A stretch of 63,512 nucleotides of DNA, filler included, from Choristocarpus tenellus KU-1152 (lineage: Eukaryota; Protista; Phaeophyceae): the NCBI GenBank assembly GCA_964200185.2. It is 13 parts of 13 records of this genome, joined end to end, with 100 filler letters (N's around TTAATTAATTAA, not from the genome) between each part and the next. Parts side by side here need not be neighbours in the genome. Positions count along the whole stretch, not along the records: positions 19,254 to 22,966 come from CAXNAD020018351.1; positions 23,067 to 27,295 come from CAXNAD020015579.1; positions 27,396 to 33,106 come from CAXNAD020009942.1; positions 33,207 to 36,536 come from CAXNAD020020762.1; 9 more parts are not named here. The stretch is one strand, 5' to 3'. Position numbers and translations under genes: made by a program. Under the pieces are notes generated by a model, which ran no database searches, had not been told where the DNA came from, and saw only the letters and a list, made by a program, of their open reading frames with translations. Shown in pieces: positions 22,673 to 35,472 of the stretch (positions are counted from its first letter, which is position 1; each line of letters opens with the position of its first letter).

Positions 22673-22865
22673 GTGAAACACCCAATTCCTATGGAATATC
22701 AGATACTCATTGCAGTAAATGAACGGGGTTCACGTTTTTCAACTCACAAAGTCACTTTTTCAATTCCTGTTGATGCCACCAACACACACACAAAGTCACT
22801 GCCTCTTCTCAACGACTTCTTCACCTGTTTTCAGTCACTGCCCTGCAGAGGCAGTATTTGGATCA

Positions 22866-22905
22866 GGCTCAAAGTATCTGGGGGGGGGGGGGGGGGGGGG
22901 GGGCC
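22866..22905. mobile_element. MITE family A terminus near contig end
   Basis: GGCTCAAAGTATCT followed by a long G-run. Similar terminal fragments lie at 4003-4025, 10204-10224, 27259-27295, 27396-27417 and 36711-36743. Confidence 0.75.
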
Positions 22906-23152
22906 CAAGAGAGGGGGGGACCCCCCGTCGAACCCCCACCCCCACAAACCTTGGTTTTGTGGTTTTNNNNNNNNNNNNNNNNNNNNNNNNNNNNNNNNNN
23001 NNNNNNNNNNTTAATTAATTAANNNNNNNNNNNNNNNNNNNNNNNNNNNNNNNNNNNNNNNNNNNNGCCTCTTCATTCTTAAATTGTTTCTTCTACAGAA
23101 TCTTCTTTTACACATGAATAAAAGCATATTCTTAACAACGTCCAAAGAATAT

Positions 23153-23545
23153 TCGGTCCGCTACGTAGCGCATGTTAAAGTATCCCACACTGGACCTGCG
23201 GCTTTGGTGCTTTAATGAAGGACAAAGAATAGCTTGATGTAGATGAGCAAAGTTAATATTACAAAGGGCCTTATGGTCTCAATTCCTCTGACTGAGTACG
23301 TGGGTGAAACTATACCCTAGACTACCATTATTATTTCTATAGTGTGGAGTTTGTAGTCGTTCACACTAACTTACTATGAACCACTTATTTACTTGTCTTA
23401 AGTATAGAAAGTGTATCTTGAACATGATATAAAAACCAATCAACACTATGAGTCAGTACATACTATATATCAGTCACTGGCTCTCAGTCCTAATATATTA
23501 TCCACCGGTGGTGTCTATGTGTATCAGCAGCACTATCTACAAACA
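23153..23545 (-). mobile_element. Family D 5' LTR (23545-23173, 373 bp) with palindromic leader at the PBS position
   Basis: Aligns end to end with 21942-22314 and carries the same adjacent TCGGTCCGCTACGTAGCG. Confidence 0.9.
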
Positions 23546-23943
23546 AGACACCGTCGGTGGAGTAGATTAGGAAAGGTAGACACCACTGGCGGAGTAATGG
23601 AGGAAAGGTAGAGCCAGATACATGTTTCCGTACATATTTCAGTTGAGCTCTACACAACGTTCATGTGTGGTAGTTCATGTATCGTAGGGACCTGATATTG
23701 GATCATCCGTTGATATATCATATATGTCACATATGGTAGGTAGATATATTATCATTTTCTGGTTATCCATGCGGACATTGCAAATCCCACATGGTAGTCT
23801 GCACTTGTCTCACCCACCAATTCAGTCAGCAGAATCGAGACCATAAGCTCCTTGTAATGTTAACTTTGCATATCTACATCAAGCTATTCATTGTCTTTCA
23901 TCAAAGCACCAAAGCCGCAGGTCCAGTGTGGAATATTTCAACA
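23546..23943 (+). mobile_element. Family D-related LTR (probable solo LTR, 5'-truncated) inserted in copia pol
   Basis: Ends ...GCAGGTCCAGTGTGGAATATTTCAACA, the family-D U5 end, directly followed by RT-coding sequence. Has a 32-bp tandem duplication near its start. Confidence 0.8.
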
Positions 23944-25368
23944 TCTACCACCAGGGAGGAGACTTGTCTATACTAGGTTCATATTCAAGATCAAACGGAC
24001 AACCAATGGAGACATTGAAAGGTGCAAGGCCAGGCTGGTGGCACGGGGTTTCATAGCAAAAAGGGGTGGACTACTTCAGCACATTCAATCCAGTGGTGGG
24101 ATTTGACGTGATTCGGGTATCCCTAGCTACAGCAGCCTGCAAAAACTGGGTTATCAACTCCCTAGACTTTACTCAAGCCTACCTGAACGCACCACTCCCT
24201 GAGGATGTATAGCTAAAACTGCCCAATGGATCCATTGCAAAAGCTGCCAGGGCCATCTATAGCCTTAAGCAAATCAGTAATGGAGTGGTACAGGGAGCTA
24301 AACGGAACAGTCTTCGCTGAGGGGTGGGGTGTTAGCTACTTCGACGCCTGCCTATATGTGAAGAGGTATGAAGATGGTAGGATCACTGTCCTCTTTCACT
24401 ATGTGGATGATATCTCATTGACTGGAAACTACCACGAAGAAATAGAACGGATGAAGAACAATCTGCTTACCAAGTACGAAGGACGGGACCTCGGGACCCC
24501 AGACAAGTTAGTTGGAGTGACAATCAACCGGGATGAGGCTGGCATCACACTGGACCAACATTTCTACGCAGAGAGCATTGTTCGTGAGGGAATGGGATCC
24601 ACAGAAGTACACAGAGTACCTAATAATCACTTTCAAACCCAGGAATGGACCTGATCCCAAGGAGAACTGACGAGGAGGAGCTGCACCAGAGGTACAAACC
24701 TTACCGCACCATTCTGGGGAAACTTATGTTCCTAGCTGGGATGACACGACCAGACCTATCCAACAGTGTACGGGAGCTGGGAAGAGATGCGCAGCATCTC
24801 CATGCAGTCGACACTGGAAAGGGCTGTAACATGTTCTACGATATACCTAGCGGGCACTATGAAAGTAGGGAAACACTATCCTGCTGGCGGTAAAATGGAC
24901 ACTAGGGGCCTGGTCGGGTATGGAGACTCAGACTGGGGCAATGACACTGTTTCAAGACGAAGCGTGACGGGATACCTAACCCTATTGAATGAGGCACCAA
25001 TTGCATGTAAATCCAAGATGCAAGGAGCTGCAACCACATCTTCATCAGAAGCAGAATGGACAGCGATGGTGCATGGAATGAGGCATGCAATAGTCCTCAG
25101 AGGCATCCTGGGGGAGAAGGGCATACTCAAAGGGGTCACAACTTGGTATGGGGATAATTGAGGTGCGATCCAAGCAGCGATAACTGAAGGTTTCAACGGA
25201 AGGACAAGGCATGTCGACATCAAGATGAAATACACCAGGGAATATGTTAACCAAGGATGTTTCACAGTAAAGTTTATACCCACGGCACTACAGCTTGCAG
25301 ACATCTTAACCAAAAGATTACGCAAGAAGAAGGTAGAAGACTTTGTAGACACTGTGTTGACAAGATGA
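23944..25368 (+). mobile_element. Ty1/copia pol remnant (reverse transcriptase + RNase H), frameshifted
   Basis: LPPGRRLVYTRFIFKIK...KARLVARGF, HYVDDI, TRPDL, GYGDSDWG..SRRSVTGY, SSSEAEW, RHVDIK, LADILTK, with several stops and frameshifts. Confidence 0.95.
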
Positions 25369-25429
25369 TTGTCGCGTATGTGTGACAGTTGAAGCAAGCT
25401 GTGTTCTTTTACTTCCACTCTCATGGGAG

Positions 25430-25609
25430 TGTGCAAAATAGGACAATAGTGAGGTGTGTACCTTATATTGTGCATGTGAGATTATTGCGTTGAATTGAGT
25501 CCAAATGATGTTACTAAGAGATAGTACATCTGAACTATATATGGAGTTCAATATTGCGGTTAAATTGTTCTGACGAAAATAATAATAAAGAAACAAACAA
25601 TAGAAGACA
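25430..25609 (+). mobile_element. Putative 3' LTR of the copia remnant
   Basis: GGGAG purine tract, then TG...AATAAA...CA. The boundaries are inferred and there is no second copy to confirm them. Confidence 0.4.
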
Positions 25610-26302
25610 TCCCACAAAGGTCACTCTTCTAATTTCATCCATCCTTTCTTTTCACGTTCAGCAAAGGGGATCGTGTGAGGCTCCACATGTTTTTGTGTCC
25701 ACTACTGATAAATAGCAATACTTTCCAATGTAAATTGCACACCTTCGACAACAAAGGTAAAATTTGGCAAGACTCTAACTTCAGTCAATAGGAGGAATAA
25801 GAGGTCAGCAACAGCTGTTGGACGGGTCATACCAGTTGAGAAGCCTCGTGGAAAGGATGGGCATGAAGGACCATCAACCTTTTTTACGAACATCTCCGCT
25901 TCTGCCAGTACGAGCAGAGAGAGGTAAACAGCTAAAGAATAGATCAGAGGGACGCACCGGTGCCACAAAAGGTTTAGGTGACGTGGTCCAGGATGAAGAC
26001 GGGGACCGTTCCGCAAGTGGTGATGACCCCTAAGCCAGACCAATTGGTCCACTCCGGCAGTCCAACCATGGTGGGAAAAACGGAAGATTTCATGGAGGCG
26101 TGTGTGACGGAACTCCTCCGATAAGCCACAAAACCAAGATCTTCGCAGTACCATGTCCAGATACAGATCCTGGGACAGGTCATATACGACCATGGGTTCA
26201 GACATTGAGCCAGATGACTTCATTGTCTCTATCTGACTGATGATGACCTGCGCCGAAGATGTACATTGTTTGTCGTACCGACTATACAATGCCATACACC
26301 AT

Positions 26303-26560
26303 GAGTGAAAATATCTTAGAGGGTACGAGTTTTGCCCTGTTTGTTCATTTGGGACTTGGCTTCCCATGAGTTCTTTTATGATATTTTCCTACTCCAAAGC
26401 ATTTTGGAGTAGATAACGTGTGTATGTTATGAAAGGGTGTGTGCGGAACATGGATATTGACACCTCGTAACAAACATGATAGCCAAAATTGCATCAAAAT
26501 CTCAACATTGGATATTAGCCCCCAAATGGACACGGCCCTACCCTCTAAGATACTTTGGAT
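26303..26560. mobile_element. MITE family B copy
   Basis: GAGTGAAAATATCTTAGAGGGTA...TACCCTCTAAGATACTTTGG. Confidence 0.85.
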
Positions 26561-29500
26561 ATGGATGTAACTGTCACTTGTTGTTGTATGGTTGTACCAG
26601 CACTCATATGAGCACGGCATACTGCAGCATTGTTAGGGAGGGATTGGTGGCCAGGAAGGGAGAATATTATTGTATGGGGGGGATATGCACAGACCAGGGA
26701 CGGATGAGATTAGTTTGGCGTGAAGCTCTAATTCAAGAGAACTGGCGACATGGAGACAGGTCCATTCACAGATTTAAACCTCAACCTCGTTTTGACAGTA
26801 GTTGTTCTGCCTTGGTAGTCCTACACAAAGAGGTTGTGCTACTGCACCAGGTACACAGTTGATGGCACCCAAAATTGCAGATGGAAGGCTACCCATATGC
26901 CTCTCTTGAGAAAGACTGTATATGAAGACAGGGCAGGGAACGTGTACCTTCGGAGTCACCTGTTGAGAAGGAAGAGGCAAAGCTTTTGTTGTGCGAACAG
27001 AGCCATCCAACTACGATGGGTTGGAGTTCCTATCTTTCATTGTTCACCAGAAGGAGACTATAGAATGGAATAGCAGGAGCCATGCCAGCTACGGGGGTCA
27101 GATTTCAGTACTAGCAATGGGGTGGGGTTCGTTAAGGAGGACTTGAAGGTGATCGACATCGTCTGGGTTGAGGAAGTGTCAACTGTTCTCAACTGTCACA
27201 TTGTGACTCATAAAGGTCTTCGAATTTGACAAGAATAGGGTGGAATGGAAGAATCTTAGACTCAACGTATCTGGGGGTGGCAGCTGTCCATTCGGNNNNN
27301 NNNNNNNNNNNNNNNNNNNNNNNNNNNNNNNNNNNNNNNTTAATTAATTAANNNNNNNNNNNNNNNNNNNNNNNNNNNNNNNNNNNNNNNNNNNNCCCCC
27401 CCGAGATACTTTGACCCAAATCGTCGCAGTGCAAGACATCGTAGCTGCAGATAGTTCACAGTGCTGTGCGTAATGGCTGTGGGCAAGGATTGGGATAATC
27501 CTCAGACTAAAGAAGTGATTTTAACAGTAAACATGAGTAGTGTAGTGTATAGGGCATTTGATAATGGGTTGGGATAGTCCCCAGACCAAATACTGGAAAC
27601 AGTATTACTAAAAAATGATATAAATACGTACAAGTGTTTGCTCAAGTTGTTAGCCACCTTTCACTAGGTGTTGATTCGTGAGTTGTGAATGTGAAAGACT
27701 GATGAGAGAAAAATATAAGATCTATGAGAAATCGGAAGGAAAAAAATGATTGGTGAAGCCGACGTACGAACACAATGAATGCAAGGACCTATTGTTTGTT
27801 CCAAAAACCGTGGACATCAGCTTCAGGAATGACAGGCACCCATTCCCATCTTATTGGTTTGTCTTTTCCTTACGATTTCTTACCCTTCCTTCCTCACGTC
27901 CACAAATCAAAAACACAAAGCAAAGAAGTTAAGTTTTAAGATATGGCGTTAGCTTTCAAAGTGTAGTGCATTGTGGAGGGTGCAGTATCTCCGACAACAG
28001 TTCAGGATAGCCCGCACAATATATTGAAGAAATATATTATTCCTGTTACTATTACAAATATTACTATTATTATTACTATTACTAATTATTATTTTTATTA
28101 AATATATTATTATTGTTGTAACTACTATCGTCATGCACTCCCCTTTTCCTCCTAGCCCCAATCCCCTAACCTCTAACTCTGTCGTCCAACAAGTTTGTCA
28201 CATATACCCCACAGACACATCTGCATTTAGCTTGATCGTCGAATTTTGCACAACAGGCAGGTACAGGCCCCTCCTAGCACATACCACCCCTTCCACCCAC
28301 TGGTCAGGTACAGCTCATCCCTGCTAGTTAGGCACAGTCTCTCCTTTTGCCTTTCCTACTGGTGCAGTGAGAGCAGGTCCATAGTACCTTGTGAGGGGAC
28401 CATGCATCCATTCGGGGCCTTGGTGACCCTGTAGTGATTTTTATGTTGTCTGTTAAATGCGAGGGCAATTTCCTTCATCTGGATACACTTTCCATTCCGT
28501 TTTCTGCCTGGACCAAATTCGGAAGGAAAATCATCCGCAAAATAGGCATCGAACTGGGGTGTTTTACGATTCCCCATCAACCCCGAATTGAAGTCCTGGG
28601 CTAAACCCCCACCCTCTAGGATACTATGGGCCAGGCATCATGTCTATTGGGTGATGGCACCTCTTTTCTTTCTCTCCAGGCATATACCGCACACACACCC
28701 CTTGGGCCTATCTTTGTGGTGCTGCTCGAGCACCATCCCCACCTCTCTAACTACCGTGGAGCCTTCCACTGTTACCCAACTCATAGCATTACACCTTGCC
28801 ATACCTTATCCTCATAACCATAGGAAGTCGCCAGTAGCCCAAAATGGGTATTGCAAGTGAGACACAGAGTAAAAAATAGGATTATCGCTAAACAGCATTG
28901 TTGCAACAGGCTTGTCTGGGTTTGTGTAATTCTCGAGTTGGGTTTAATTCTGTTGAAAGATAGTAAGGAACCAACCATTTGAGAGGATGTTGTTGCAGGG
29001 GACACCCAGGGGAGAAAGGAATAGCATCCTAGTCAGAGGCACAGAAGGATACGAACACAGCAACACAAATCGAGTGTAGGTCACTCACTGCCACCTTGAT
29101 CCCTTGGATCCCGCACCTCCAACCATCAACGTTTTCCCAGGTATTGAAAGGATAGATGAAATGAAGTCCTTGCCTCCACGGGCCAACATTCATCTAGAGC
29201 AACATCCGCACATTGTCCAGCTTGAATAGCAAGGAGAAGATGCAAAAGTATTTTTCGTAGGGGCGATTGCTTACGCACCACTGTTCGGCATGTCATGAGG
29301 AACCTCATCGCACCGGCAACAGTGAGTGGGTCAAACCAATTGAGGGGTAAACAGGTTTGAAAGCCACCTTTCTTGCCCTGTGCAATACACTCTTTCTCAG
29401 TACTTTATGTGTGCAATGTTGTACCCCAAATCGATATTCTTCCCTTCCACACATATTTTGAGACCAAAATTTACCAAAGGCTCTCTTTGTAATTGTACAA

Positions 29501-32500
29501 AATGATATCTTCTAGCCCCTTCTCAGGATCCTTAAAATGCAACCCTACCTAATTATCAGTTGGTTTGACTCAGAGTGATGAGAGGGGCAAACAGTGATAG
29601 CCTGCACAAGAACAACGGTTGCCGAGGGTATGGGGTGCAGAGCTAGTCTATTTTCTCTGAATAGGGATACTCATCTACCCTCTGTGTGACATTGGGTAAG
29701 CAAATGCGACTACCCCCAGAAGATACTATTACGATTATTAGTAAGTACTCCCAGTATAAAGTCAATTTCAAAAATGACAAGTTTTCACCTCACCTTTCTC
29801 TGGACGAGCACCTCTCCACCTTTGTGAGGCTGACTCCTGCAAAGGCGAAAGCGGTTACCACTACAACGTCCAGCCTTCCCTTTTCTGCCCTCATCTCAGC
29901 ACACGAGTACGATTGCTCTTTGCCATTGCCAACCAGGGCCCTGTCCACATATGAGTTGGTGAGGGTCCTCCGAAAGATAAGGAATCACTCGAGTTTTTCT
30001 GAGTGAGTATTTGCCCCTTCCTTGCTTTCACCCAGCAAGATCCGTTGGTTTGTTTCTAAGTTGTTAGAAGACGCAACGGTATCATATACGTAAGTATATG
30101 CCATAAAACAGGTATGGAAAAAACTCACACACTCATGTACTATCTTCCAAGGTGTGGAAACTTCCTTTTTTTCTTCGGTCTTTTGAAATAGAAATATTAT
30201 CATTATATATGGTTTATGCTGCAAGTCAAAGGCAGGATCCAGAGGAAAGAGAAATGAGAGAAGAGGGAGGAGTATCACGAAGTCACAGTCTGAAGTAGTG
30301 TAAAGGTAGATTGCACATTCTCCTACTTCTTTGCACTCTAAGGAAGTCGCGGTGGTTTTATTCTCGCAGGAGCCTTGGAGGCTTGCCAGGGCAGGATTCA
30401 GGGGGTGGCCAAATCCTTCCATCACAAGGGGAATTGTCCACCAATCAGGGAGTCCCAACACTGCAGCACGACTGGGAAGAAGACAGAAAACAATAATGTG
30501 GATGTGGATCGGATGTTTGAAAGTGTCGTTGTGAACGGGAAAACATAGTTACGGGTATAAACTATGTAGACTTAAAAAATTCAATGTACTTGATCATAAT
30601 TGAAACAGCCTCTTTCACCACTGAGTCACGAGGACGCTCATTACCTCCTGTGAACTAAGTGCTTCACTACAACTAAATGTGCTGGTCGTTGTGGGCCTTG
30701 AATTTTTCTTGTGCGCTGGGTTCAGCCATGCCACTTCTTGTCATTCCGCCTGCTCCCTCGAATCTCGTGCAGTGCATTACTTGCATGTCCGCGATGAAGA
30801 CTTGTCACCACAATTCAGGTTTTCCGTACCATTTTTGTGGTTTAGCGATAGGCAAGAGGGTACAGGTAAGTGTACATTTCCGTCGTGCTCGCCATGTGGT
30901 TAATTGAAATCGGGTTCCCCTGAAAAGAAAAAGAAAGTCTGACCTCGACCAGGTGTGGAAACAACTGCGTATTCCAACAAAGGAAAGGGGGTATAGATCG
31001 TGTGATGGAGGGTTTGGTGTCACATGTAGATGTTCAAATAGATAATATGGGGACTCTACTGGTTGATCCACTACCACCTGTGGAATTATATTTGCTATTC
31101 CTTTTTTTTTGTTGGTGTTACCTATGTACGAAGAGGTACTAGTAAAAGTATTCAAATATATCGAAGTAGTAGTTAGGTGCATGCATGATAATTATTAGCT
31201 ACATTCAAATTTTGACTTCTTTTAATCTAAGACATCAATAAACGAACTTAGTTTGAATGAATTTTTAACACAGACAAGGTGCAAATGATACGGCGATGTT
31301 AAAACATCATTCTGAACAATCGTGTAAAATACGGCACATTTTCATGGTTGAAAGATATAGATCAATGAAGTTCAAGTGTGAACTAGTGCACGCTTCATTT
31401 ATTTGATGAACTTCAACGAGAGACGAATCAACCAGTGTGTGAGGTGGTGATTTCCGTGTTTCTTGTGTAAATGGGGCAGGTAGGTTATCTTAAAGACCAC
31501 AAACCGTCGAGCACAATTTCATAGTGACGTAAAACAAAATGGCATTGCTTCACAAAGGCAAGTCCCTGGCGATGGAAGGACTACCACCCAGCACAAAAAT
31601 ATTTATCGTCAATTGCATATACTACTTCAGTACTTTACTTATCACAACACTTACCTAATTCTTGTTCTCTGAGCCCACTGCTTGTTGTGATGCAGTCGGG
31701 GCAAATAACACCTTGCAAACAAGCGATATTTTGGTCCTCTTTACCAACAGTGTCACACTTGATGATTCTGCCAGCTTAGATTTCGTTCAATTATAGACAT
31801 TGTCCTCACAGATGAACGATAGTGCCAAAACGATACATCATTTTATGACGATAAAAGAGGTGTAAATAGTAAGGTCAAGTACCACGATAATAGCAGCAGG
31901 CACTCTCAGTGTAGTTAAATTCTCTGGAGCAATACAGTGTTACATAGTGAAGGAGTAGGAACAATAAAGAAAATATTTTTTTCAGAAATATAATGCCGAT
32001 ATTGCCCTCTCTCTGCCTCTGCCGCAGCGTTAAACCATCCTCATACACCATTTGGAAGTTTGGGAGTAGAAGCTGTTCGTATACATGTGAAGGGCAAGGG
32101 CTAAGCCCCTCAACCCCAATTGCTCCCTTTCTTTGAAAATTAGTTGGAGGAATATTAAAATTTGTGTATAGTAGAATATATGTATGGGCATGGTATGGGA
32201 TACGGTGAGCACAAGACGCCACAAACAATGCTATGATTATCTTGCTAAAATTCGAATATTGTCCACATCACAGGATGTTGCATGACTGTATGGAGTCATC
32301 TTCTCAAAGGAGAGGTATTTTCCCAACCAAATCATTTATGACCATTACACTGTCACCTCGTATGCTGGGTTGTACAGGAGATTTATCGGCTCATACCATC
32401 TACGCACTTACAAAAATACTTTCGTAGGCAAGTATCCACGCCATACTCTGGCACCTGCATCATATTGGATGGAGCCAGTCCAAGTCGTGTATCATTAGGA

Positions 32501-33206
32501 GGATTAGGAGCACTCAATAGGTTACTGTCCAGAAACGAGAAGTCACTCAATTTGAAAGCCATTGCAATTGAGAGCAAGAAAATGGAGAGTATGATACACA
32601 CAGTATGTCGCCACAGAACAGGCATTGAAAACGACATATATATATATATATAATATATATATAGCCTCATCAAAAGCTCTTCCTCTCCACGTCTCCTGTT
32701 ATTCTCTTCGTGCAATGTGGTGTTCTAACTCAAACTATCTCAGCAGTTATCTGTCTGCAACAGTAGTAGTAGTGATTAGTTGTCTTGGATGCTATTCAGC
32801 AACAAATCGATTGACCCTTCTTAATCCCACGAAAGTTACCAAAGGTGCCAAGGTACGATTTTCCCGTACACAACAGTCCCTTCAATAACCTCTACTCATC
32901 GCCAACTTTGGAATAAATCGCTTTTTCTGTGCAACAAACCCCATACCCTGCCCGTATACACATACACCTCCTCCATCCGTGACAAAAACAACTACCATAG
33001 GGTCCGGCCTAGGACCAGGCGCTCGCTATCCCTGACAACTGATGCACACGTCCCCATATATCTCTCGCTCTTGAGAACCCCCCAGCACGTTCCCTGTGTC
33101 CACCGCNNNNNNNNNNNNNNNNNNNNNNNNNNNNNNNNNNNNNNNNNNNNTTAATTAATTAANNNNNNNNNNNNNNNNNNNNNNNNNNNNNNNNNNNNNN
33201 NNNNNN

Positions 33207-33328
33207 GTATAAATTTTACCTACTCAGAAATATTTTGGAGTAGGTGAAAGTTGTATAAACTCCAAGGGAAGTCAAGCCCCAAATGGACAAACAGGGCAAA
33301 ACTCGTACCCTCTAAGATACTTTCACTC
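33207..33328. mobile_element. MITE family B partial copy at contig start
   Basis: Ends TACCCTCTAAGATACTTTCACTC. Confidence 0.85.
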
Positions 33329-33494
33329 AGTGATGTTTGATTGGTTTTACTTCACACGAGGCGCATTTCGTATGTTGCTCACAAAACTTGGGGATTTGCT
33401 CACCCCAACTTATGGCCTGCGTGTATGTACGTTTCAGTAATGCACAGAAACATCGCTATTTTCTAGCCGATTTAGAGCACTTCTAATGAGTACT

Positions 33495-33752
33495 GATTGA
33501 AAGTATCGTAGAGGGCACAAGTTTTACCCTGTTTGTCTGTTTGGGTCTTGGCTTCCCATGGGATCTTTTATGGCATTTTCCTACTCCAAAATGTTTAGGA
33601 GTAGGTAAAATGTATACGTTATAAAAGGTGCGTCTGGAACATGGATATTGACACTTCCTAACAAACACGATAGTCAAAATTACATCAAAATCGCAACATT
33701 GAATTTTGACCCCCAAATGGATGCAGCTCTACCCTCTAACATACTTTGGCTC
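33495..33752. mobile_element. MITE family B copy
   Basis: GATTGAAAGTATCGTAGAGGG...CCCTCTAACATACTTTGGCTC. Confidence 0.85.
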
Positions 33753-34041
33753 TGCATTCGATTCACAACAGAAGCGATATTGATAGGGTGTTTGGCTGAG
33801 ATCAAGCCTATCGTCTTGATATGGGGTGCCCCTTAGCAGCTACAGTATTTTCCCAGTCAGTACAGGATAGTAGAACAGTATTCTCATCACGCATTCTGAA
33901 GTTTGCACAGACAAGCCCCTAATCCTCACATCACCCTGCCTTTTTGATCCTAAACCTAGCCCCAATCTTAGCCTTGACCAAATTCTTACAAAATCCATCC
34001 TCAAATAGGATAACTATTCTATCGGCTTTGAGTGATGGGGT

Positions 34042-34223
34042 GGCTAAAAGTATCTGAGGGGGGGAGGGGGGGTTCTACACCAGGTTTTTCATTCGGGCCC
34101 TGACCAGGAAAAGTGCACTTACATTATCGATCCGACGCATGCAGCCAAATCATACAAAAATTGTGACATGGTGAAATGGGCCCTGCATGGACAGCCGCCA
34201 TCCCTCCCCAGATACTTTGAGTC
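34042..34223. mobile_element. MITE family A, full-length copy
   Basis: GGCTAAAAGTATCTG...CAGATACTTTGAGTC, GGT duplicated on both flanks. Confidence 0.9.
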
Positions 34224-34718
34224 GGTGCCAAGACCATCAAGTAACTTGAAGTTAGATTACAGTAACTTGAAGTTAGATTACAGTGAAGATATTTTTGCGT
34301 GAGTGCTATTGAGAGGGTAGGGGGTATTGCACAACAAATACACTATATCGATTGGGTTAATTCACATATAAGCCATCCTTTGGTGCACATTTAACTTCTA
34401 GTTGGATTCCACTCACTACGTCAATCTTACACTCTTTTCTCAACCAAAATATCCTCGCTCTTGACTCTTGATAGTCAACCTCTGATTTGATCGAGTGCTG
34501 AAATGCCACTGTTCCACAAGGACAGTAAATCGCATGACTGACTGATAAGGTGGTGCAGTAGAACCTCAATATTTGATGTCTCCAGTTCGAGGCTGCTTTG
34601 AAATGACTTCCACAATTCTCTCACAGCACATGCCAAGTCACATCATTCATTCCCCCTTACTCTAGTTCAGTCATATCCTCTACCAAGCCTGAAAGGTTTA
34701 TCGTCAGTTGAACACCCT

Positions 34719-34986
34719 GGCTCAAAGTATCTGGGGCGGGGTTGGCGGCTGTCCATTCAGGACCCATTTCTCCATGTCACGATTTTTGTGTGTTTTGATT
34801 GCATGCGTCGGATGGATAATGTAAGGTTTCCTGGTCAGGGCCCGAATGGAAAACCTGGTGTAGAACCGCCCCCCCCCCCCCCCCCCACCCCTCTACCATT
34901 CTCCTCCCTACGTACACANNNNNNNNNNGACCTATATGAAATCCTGTTGTCCCACCGCCCCCCCCCCCCCTGAGATACTTTTAGTC
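34719..34986. mobile_element. MITE family A copy (contains an N gap)
   Basis: Both TIRs present, CCT duplicated on both flanks. Confidence 0.8.
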
Positions 34987-35241
34987 CCTCTTACTTCAAG
35001 AACCCCCCCTCATCATTTCTTAACACCAAAATCAACAAGCCTCTCCTGTGGTCTTCATCGATACCAATGTAATGCATTTATAATTACAACTCCCCACCCC
35101 TTTTTTTTTCTACCTGCACTAAACCACAACAACCCATCACAACTTCGATGCATCCCCTTGTTCATGGGATAGCAACTGATATTTGCTCCGTGCGTTCACA
35201 TATGCTAGGACGTAAACGTGATGGAGATGTGTGTTCTCAAG

Positions 35242-35472
35242 GTGGCCCAGGCCCTTGAGAGCAAGTTTTCAGCTCTGCTTTCACTCAAGAAGGAGTGGGC
35301 AAGGACCAAAGGTACCGGTGGCCGCAGGAAAAGTCTGCATGGCGGAAGCAACGGTGTGAATGAGAGAAGAGGGTCACGTGCTGGTGAGCAGGCGCTCTAC
35401 GAGGACCCAGCAACTGAACTGAACGAGAGTACCAAGCTCCAAGCCGAACAGGTGCAGCATGGGAAAGCTTGA
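35242..35472 (+). CDS. Candidate terminal exon, unknown protein
   Basis: AG acceptor, open frame VAQALESKFSALLSLKKEWAR...QVQHGKA*, coding-like composition. Confidence 0.4.
   Translation: MAQALESKFSALLSLKKEWARTKGTGGRRKSLHGGSNGVNERRGSRAGEQALYEDPATELNESTKLQAEQVQHGKA

Noticed and set aside
24876-25475. 199-aa minus-strand ORF
   Set aside because: It is the antisense shadow of the copia RNase H region.
25700-27250. Gypsy gag/protease remnant or a 221-aa gene (25702-26367)
   Set aside because: The ORF starts inside a MITE, and the LLLYGCTSTHMS protease-like motif lacks the catalytic Asp. It cannot be assigned.
35242-35285. Bromodomain C-helix (VAQALESKF)
   Set aside because: The resemblance is too short and no other bromodomain exon was found.
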